64,000 nt of DNA from Minisyncoccota bacterium (lineage in GTDB: Bacteria; Patescibacteriota; Minisyncoccia; Phycocordibacterales; UBA918), in the NCBI GenBank assembly GCA_041389045.1, contig JAWKSQ010000001.1, forward strand, positions 11,063-75,062, written 5' to 3'. The notes below the pieces were generated by a model. It saw only the letters and a program-made list of their open reading frames with translations. It did no database searches and was not told where the DNA came from. Of the stretch, positions 59,720 through 64,000 are shown one piece after another. Position 1 is the first letter of the stretch. The number at the start of each line of letters is the position of its first letter. The position numbers were made by a program, and so were the translations under genes.

Positions 59720-59993
59720 ATGGACAATTACCTAGAAGGTCAGCGTCTGTTACTCCAAATAAGACGCCAAACAAAAGTACAGATTCTGAAGAATGGTGGG
59801 GAGCAATCTCTTTCCCATTCTTGGAATGACATCAAGCGTATCGACGCAGCGCTTGAACGGCTCAATAACGGTGAATACGGTTTATGCTGTAACTGTTCTG
59901 AGCGAATTGATCTTCGTCGACTGGCAGCATTCCAGAAACCCTTTCTGTATTGCTTGCGCCATCACACACACTAAGACCGCCACTCGCTTTTAG
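59720..59993 (+). pseudogene. DksA/TraR C4 zinc-finger protein with a frameshift before the second CxxC
   Basis: …LNNGEYGLCCNCSERIDLRRLAAF is followed by …NPFCIACAITH in the +1 frame. Confidence 0.65.
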
Positions 59994-60032
59994 CTAGTGA
60001 GCGGTCTTTTCCTCTTATTGGAACATAGTGTC

Positions 60033-60348
60033 TCACCACAACCAGAGATTCTTCATCAAGTAAATCTCTCTCATCCTCTGATAATTTTGATATCGGAAAG
60101 TATTTGCTGGAAAACGAAAAGAAACCATCTCTAAGTCTTCTTTAAGAATTTCACCATTCCCCACCAGCGAAACTTGCGGTATGAGGCTTTGTTTCCCATA
60201 AATCATCTTCTTGGAAATCACAGATTCTATCCGATAAATTATTACCAATAAAAGAAATGATTACCTTTACAATACCACCGACTTCTCTACCAGAAAAACC
60301 TTCTTGCATTGCAGTTTTGCCTTGTTTGTGATGCAAGCCATAATACAT
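60033..60348 (-). pseudogene. Hypothetical gene split by a frameshift
   Basis: The overlapping ORFs 60151..60348 and 60033..60248 join at …NNLSDRI|ESVISKK…. Confidence 0.4.
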
Positions 60349-60463
60349 GATATATTTGCATCAAAATCTTCATTGAAAGCAAAACTCATCTAATTTGTGA
60401 TTAAAATTAATCAAATCTAAAACTTTAGTAATTGATTCACTTCTACAAAGTACACAAGTATTG

Positions 60464-60691
60464 TTATTTAAAACTTGAAAACATCGATACTGTCACTGTA
60501 ATAAAATCAGACTCTTTTAACAGTTTTTCAACATTCTCGAACACAACTTCGCTTGATTCATCAATAAGCTCACTTTCAGATAAAGTCTTTAGCTGGCTTA
60601 TAACTTCTTTAGAACCAACCTGTGGACGTTCTGAGTCAGTTAAACTTGTTCTTTTTTTAACCTCTTTATAATTATTTACTCTTTCAAACAT
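60464..60691 (-). CDS. Hypothetical acidic protein
   Basis: 75-aa ORF. Confidence 0.35.
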   Translation of the reverse strand: MFERVNNYKEVKKRTSLTDSERPQVGSKEVISQLKTLSESELIDESSEVVFENVEKLLKESDFITVTVSMFSSFK

Positions 60692-60708
60692 AATATTTAA
60701 TTCAGTGT

Positions 60709-61110
60709 TTACAAAACCTTCAAAGTCTCTACTATATCTGACGCATAACTCTTTCCTTCTGTATGACTAGGCAAAATCCATTCATACTTGTCATGATCTT
60801 GACTCAATGCAACTTCCCCACCTACAAGCTTAGCTTTATAGAATGCTCTAACAATGTGAAACTCTTCATTTTTTATAATCGGGAAATTTTCTTGCACATG
60901 TAGTAACCCTCCTATCTCTATTTCAAGACCACACTCTTCCATTACTTCCCGTTTTAAACCTGCAAATAACGTTTCTTCTGGCTGTATTCTGCCACCTGGC
61001 ACATCCCACTTACCCTCGTTAGTTCCCTCATCGTATTTAGCTTCACGCAAGATAAGAACCTTACCTTCCTCGTTTAAAATAAACGCTTTGACCCCAACGG
61101 CTAGTTTCAT
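60709..61110 (-). CDS. NUDIX hydrolase
   Basis: Nudix box GGRIQPEETLFAGLKREVMEECGLE. Confidence 0.85.
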   Translation of the reverse strand: MKLAVGVKAFILNEEGKVLILREAKYDEGTNEGKWDVPGGRIQPEETLFAGLKREVMEECGLEIEIGGLLHVQENFPIIKNEEFHIVRAFYKAKLVGGEVALSQDHDKYEWILPSHTEGKSYASDIVETLKVL

Positions 61111-61362
61111 TAACCTAGTATAACAAACACTGGCCAGGTCTCGCCTTTTTTAAGCAGTAATGCTATTATCGTGGCTACAAATCAACACTTGTTGGATTTG
61201 TAAGCGTAGAAAAGGTTGTAAGCAAAGCTTTCACCTCCTCTTCGCTCGGACATGCTGTGGAACAAGCAAAGCTTGTCCATTTCTTTACTTTTCAATTTAT
61301 CTCAAGCAAGCTTGAATAAATTGAAAAGTAAAGAAATATTCCACATCACGTCCCTCGCTCAT

Positions 61363-61433
61363 CGGGGTGTAGCATAGTGGTAGTGTACGCGGTTTGGGAC
61401 CGTGTGGTCCGGGTTCGATTCCCGGCTCCCCGA
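61363..61433 (+). tRNA. tRNA-Pro (anticodon TGG)
   Basis: Manual cloverleaf: acceptor cggggtg/ctccccg (one T:T mismatch), anticodon arm cgcgg-tttggga-ccgtg, T arm ccggg-ttcgatt-cccgg, discriminator A. Confidence 0.8.
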
Positions 61434-61485
61434 CATATTTATAGAAACTCAACCTTTTTGGTTGGGTTTTTATAAATATTCGCTA

Positions 61486-61572
61486 GGGAATCGAAGCCCG
61501 ATTGAGCTGGATTATGAGTTTACGAAATAATCCAGCCAATTGGGGTACTGATCCTGTTAAGGATCGATTCCC
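61486..61572 (+). ncRNA. Candidate Y-shaped structured RNA element beside tRNA-Pro
   Basis: The closing helix gggaatc/gattccc encloses a 9-bp hairpin (61507..61535) extended by cccgattg/caattggg, plus a 5-bp hairpin (61550..61565). Confidence 0.3.
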
Positions 61573-61896
61573 GTTTCATTACATGAACGGTACACTTTTC
61601 GCACAATATGCTCAAAGTCTTGCGTAACTCCAAGGTATTGCTACTCTCCCCGACAAAAAGTTCAGTGGAGTTTTTGTCCATGTTTAGTTACAAAGTGTAA
61701 AACGAGAAAATCCTATCACGGAGCGATTTATTAAGTTAGAGCAAAATACCTGTTCCATATAGAACAGGTATTTTGTGTAATATCCAAGTTGAATAAAGAA
61801 ATGATTAAAATCCTAGTAAAATCGTTTCACGTGGTACATAATTACTATGTTTCATGTGTAACTAGACTGAATATGGCTATTTATAGCAAGATTACA

Positions 61897-62313
61897 TCAA
61901 ACAATAATATTAGGTATGTACTTAGCAGTACCAAACTTTTCACGTGGAACGATTCTGACCGCCATAACATCTATTTGCCAATCTCCATTGTATTTATATT
62001 CCATCAGCCATGATTCAATGGCTCGACTTAATCTTCTTAGTTTCTCAGCATGAACATTTTCCTCTGGTCGCCAGGTTCTACGTGTAACAGCCTCAGTTAA
62101 AGCTTGTTTTGTTTCATATGAAACAGTCTTTACCTCCACAAAATGGACTTTTTTATCTGTTCCACGTGCAACTACATCAATTTCACCCCATTTTTTTAGG
62201 TAATTCATAGCCAAGATTTCAAAGCCCTTATTTTTTAGGTACTTTGCAGTGATCTCTTCACCTATCTTACCTACCTGTTTATTATGAGTATTCTGAGCAA
62301 CATTCCTTTCCAT
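61897..62313 (-). CDS. yraN: YraN family (UPF0102) endonuclease-like protein
   Basis: …GKIGEEITAKYLKNKGFEILAMNYLKKWGEIDVVA…VHFVEVKT… matches the UPF0102 PD-(D/E)xK pattern. Confidence 0.8.
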   Translation of the reverse strand: MERNVAQNTHNKQVGKIGEEITAKYLKNKGFEILAMNYLKKWGEIDVVARGTDKKVHFVEVKTVSYETKQALTEAVTRRTWRPEENVHAEKLRRLSRAIESWLMEYKYNGDWQIDVMAVRIVPREKFGTAKYIPNIIV

Positions 62314-62538
62314 TTTAGTATTTTAACACTTAACAGCCATAAATCTGTCTGTTCTACGTGTAACACATGCATGAAACGTTTCACGTGGCACACTTTTATT
62401 AATATTGTTAGATAGAGCCCTTTAATTTTATTTAAACTTGTCCTTTATCCACTTGTGCACTGACTTATCCACTTAGGGACACTGTTTGTCCTTTATAAAA
62501 GGTTTATAATTTTAGTAATTTATTAAGTAGTTAATTTT

Positions 62539-62970
62539 ATGAATTATAAAACTTGGGGACTAACAGATGACTGTGCGAAACTTATTTTGCGTTTAACAGT
62601 TGGTATTTTAGTGCTAATGCACGGTATTTTTAAATTGCAAAATCCTGAAGCGGTAGATTGGATCAGTAGTTTGTTTTCAGAGCTAGGTTTACCAGCTTTT
62701 TTGGCTTATTTGATTTACATTGGTGAAGTTGTGGCACCGGTAATGCTTATTGTTGGCTACAAAACACGAGAAGCTGCTCAGCTTGTTGTAGTGACACTCG
62801 TAGTAGCGATTGGACTTGTACATAGTAGTCAGATTTTTTCTATTAACGAAATGACTGGCGGGTGGGCAATAGAGCTTCAGGGACTTTACTTATTTGGTGC
62901 ATTAGCTATTGTCGGTCTTGGTGCAGGGAAGTATTCTGTGGATGCTAAGAAAGAGACTCCAACGGTTTAA
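62539..62970 (+). CDS. DoxX family membrane protein
   Basis: Four TM segments; LILRLTVGILVLMHGIFKL is typical of DoxX. Confidence 0.7.
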   Translation: MNYKTWGLTDDCAKLILRLTVGILVLMHGIFKLQNPEAVDWISSLFSELGLPAFLAYLIYIGEVVAPVMLIVGYKTREAAQLVVVTLVVAIGLVHSSQIFSINEMTGGWAIELQGLYLFGALAIVGLGAGKYSVDAKKETPTV

Positions 62971-63195
62971 TATTTTAACTTATCGAGAAGTAAAACAGAC
63001 TTAGGTTTCCTAAGTCTGTTTTACTTTTAGCGCAAGTACAACTTTTAGAAGAAAGGGTAATCGCCTCCTTAACAGGAGCTGTACACCTTTTGGCTAGATT
63101 AGTTCGCTTTGCTTCTAATCTAGCTCAAAAGCTTTTTCGATTACCTAGGCAAAAATGAATAAAACCTGGGAAAAACCCAGGTTTTATTCATTTTG

Positions 63196-63266
63196 TGCGG
63201 CCAGAGGTAATCGAAACCTCGACTTATCCTTGGCAAGGACATGTTATACCACTTAACCATGGCGCA
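63196..63266 (-). tRNA. tRNA-Gly (anticodon GCC)-like gene with an irregular acceptor stem
   Basis: The anticodon arm tgtcc-ttgccaa-ggata, the T arm gaggt-ttcgatt-acctc and the D arm gtta/taac are good. The 5' acceptor strand reads gcgcca where gcggcca is needed, so one base is missing. Confidence 0.55.
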
Positions 63267-63330
63267 TTGCCTTATTTTACCATCTGTAGCTCTTTTAAAG
63301 CCAGCTCAGTCCACTTACTCAACTTCTTCT

Positions 63331-63960
63331 TTAAAGAGTACTGGCGATTATAGTATTACCAACACCAAAATGCAACGTGCTTTTCTTACTAAGTCCTCGA
63401 ATAACCTGATTTTTATAGAACTGTGAGACGGAGATACTAGTTTTCTTGGACCAATGCTTCATACAAGTCACTTCGTTTAGATCGGGGTAAAGAAGTAACC
63501 AAAACCTAATCGTTCTTTTTTCTACTCCTAAGTAAGAAATTAGGAAGTTTACAAAAATCTTGTGTAATTCTGGACGAGCACTAGTAAGGCGGATTAAACC
63601 GGCCTTATCCACTCCACCCTCACTAACATAAAGCATTAAACCAGCCATAAATAACGGGGAAGTACGATAGTTTTGATACTCAATCTCCGCCAGACGTACT
63701 ACTTCGGCATATTGCTTCGCTCTTTCGGTAGTTCTGGCCTTATTAATAGAAGCCATGCGCTTTTTATTATCGCTAGCTGCTTTAGCTTTATTTTGCTTAG
63801 TAATTACCTCAGAAAAGGGCAGGGGCTTGAGCCAAGCACTTACCGTACCGACCGAGACGTCACATATCTTGGCTATCTCACTGTATGTAAAACCACGCTT
63901 ACGGAAGGCTATTGCTTGCTCGTATGAGTCTTGCTTATACTTTCCACGTGAAACTGACAT
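63331..63960 (-). CDS. HTH + LAGLIDADG-like domain protein
   Basis: N-terminal HTH (FTYSEIAKICDVSVGTVSAWL) and a LAGLIDADG-like segment (FMAGLMLYVSEGG). Confidence 0.55.
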   Translation of the reverse strand: MSVSRGKYKQDSYEQAIAFRKRGFTYSEIAKICDVSVGTVSAWLKPLPFSEVITKQNKAKAASDNKKRMASINKARTTERAKQYAEVVRLAEIEYQNYRTSPLFMAGLMLYVSEGGVDKAGLIRLTSARPELHKIFVNFLISYLGVEKRTIRFWLLLYPDLNEVTCMKHWSKKTSISVSQFYKNQVIRGLSKKSTLHFGVGNTIIASTL

Positions 63961-64000
63961 AACAAAGTCTGTATATTATATACTGTTACAGTTGTTCAGT

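Noticed and set aside
61543-61575. ggggtactgatcctgttaaggatcgattccc, resembling the tmRNA 5' end (GGGGCUGAUUCUGGAUUCGAC).
   Set aside because: There is no matching 3' acceptor strand or CCA-proximal T arm that pairs with it. No tag-peptide reading frame or resume codon is recognisable within a plausible distance.
1-64000. Alternative genetic code (UGA or UAA reassignment, as in some CPR lineages) as an explanation for the interrupted genes.
   Set aside because: Long conserved genes (recJ, pilB, rny, nusA, ABC-F, pgk) are intact under the standard code and end at normal stops. The interruptions are mostly frameshifts, and only two in-frame TAA codons were seen.
1-64000. CRISPR arrays, rRNA genes, integrases, and complete IS or prophage modules.
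   Set aside because: I did not see regularly spaced direct repeats, rRNA-like sequence, or tyrosine/serine recombinase motifs. The only transposase is the decayed IS200/IS605 tnpA.

Overview
The window looks like a small, AT-leaning (roughly 40-45% GC by eye) streamlined bacterial genome. My guess is Candidate Phyla Radiation / Patescibacteria (Parcubacteria-like). That guess rests on gene content: a type IV pilus core, split ComEC, DUF5667-type proteins, four-helix-bundle and LAGLIDADG-like orphans, and standard genetic code. It is an inference, not a demonstrated assignment.

The intact housekeeping genes are ABC-F ATPase, rpsG, rpsL, rpmB, an M50 protease, SOD, recJ, pgk, pilB, pilC, an ABC-2 exporter pair, nusA, ppa, tig, clpP, rny, HU, an MFS transporter, a TrmB regulator, an S1C protease, a GATase1, an ECF sigma factor with its anti-sigma partner, corA, two NUDIX hydrolases, yraN, DoxX, tRNA-Pro and a tRNA-Gly-like gene.

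Between these genes lie many short orphan islets. They are often more GC-rich and usually have their own promoter-like sequence and hairpin terminator. Most of them are disrupted by frameshifts or stop codons.

The strongest finding is the core of a diversity-generating retroelement (DGR) at 31.1-32.5 kb.
- A 114-nt template repeat (TR, 31422..31535) pairs with a variable repeat (VR, 31856..31969) at the 3' end of a GC-rich target ORF.
- 18 of the 20 TR/VR mismatches fall on TR adenines.
- A truncated Avd-like four-helix-bundle gene sits next to the TR.
- No reverse transcriptase is present in the window.

This cassette, together with an RHH/RelE toxin-antitoxin pair, sits between two nearly identical ~270-bp direct copies of the nusA promoter and 5' end. 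A second insertion (2118..3178) is bracketed the same way by diverged ~195-bp copies of the ABC-F gene 3' end.

Other observations:
- The minor-pilin operon is heavily frameshifted.
- tpiA carries an in-frame TAA.
- comEC is frameshifted.
- An IS200/IS605 relic has a solo end-hairpin copy elsewhere in the window.
- tRNA-Pro 3'-half-like repeats flank a NUDIX gene.
- A Y-shaped structured element lies beside tRNA-Pro.
- Seven copies of a CAYGTG quasi-palindrome cluster around yraN.
- The rpsL-rpsG spacer is unusually long and structured.

All family names come from motif recognition by eye. No database search was run.
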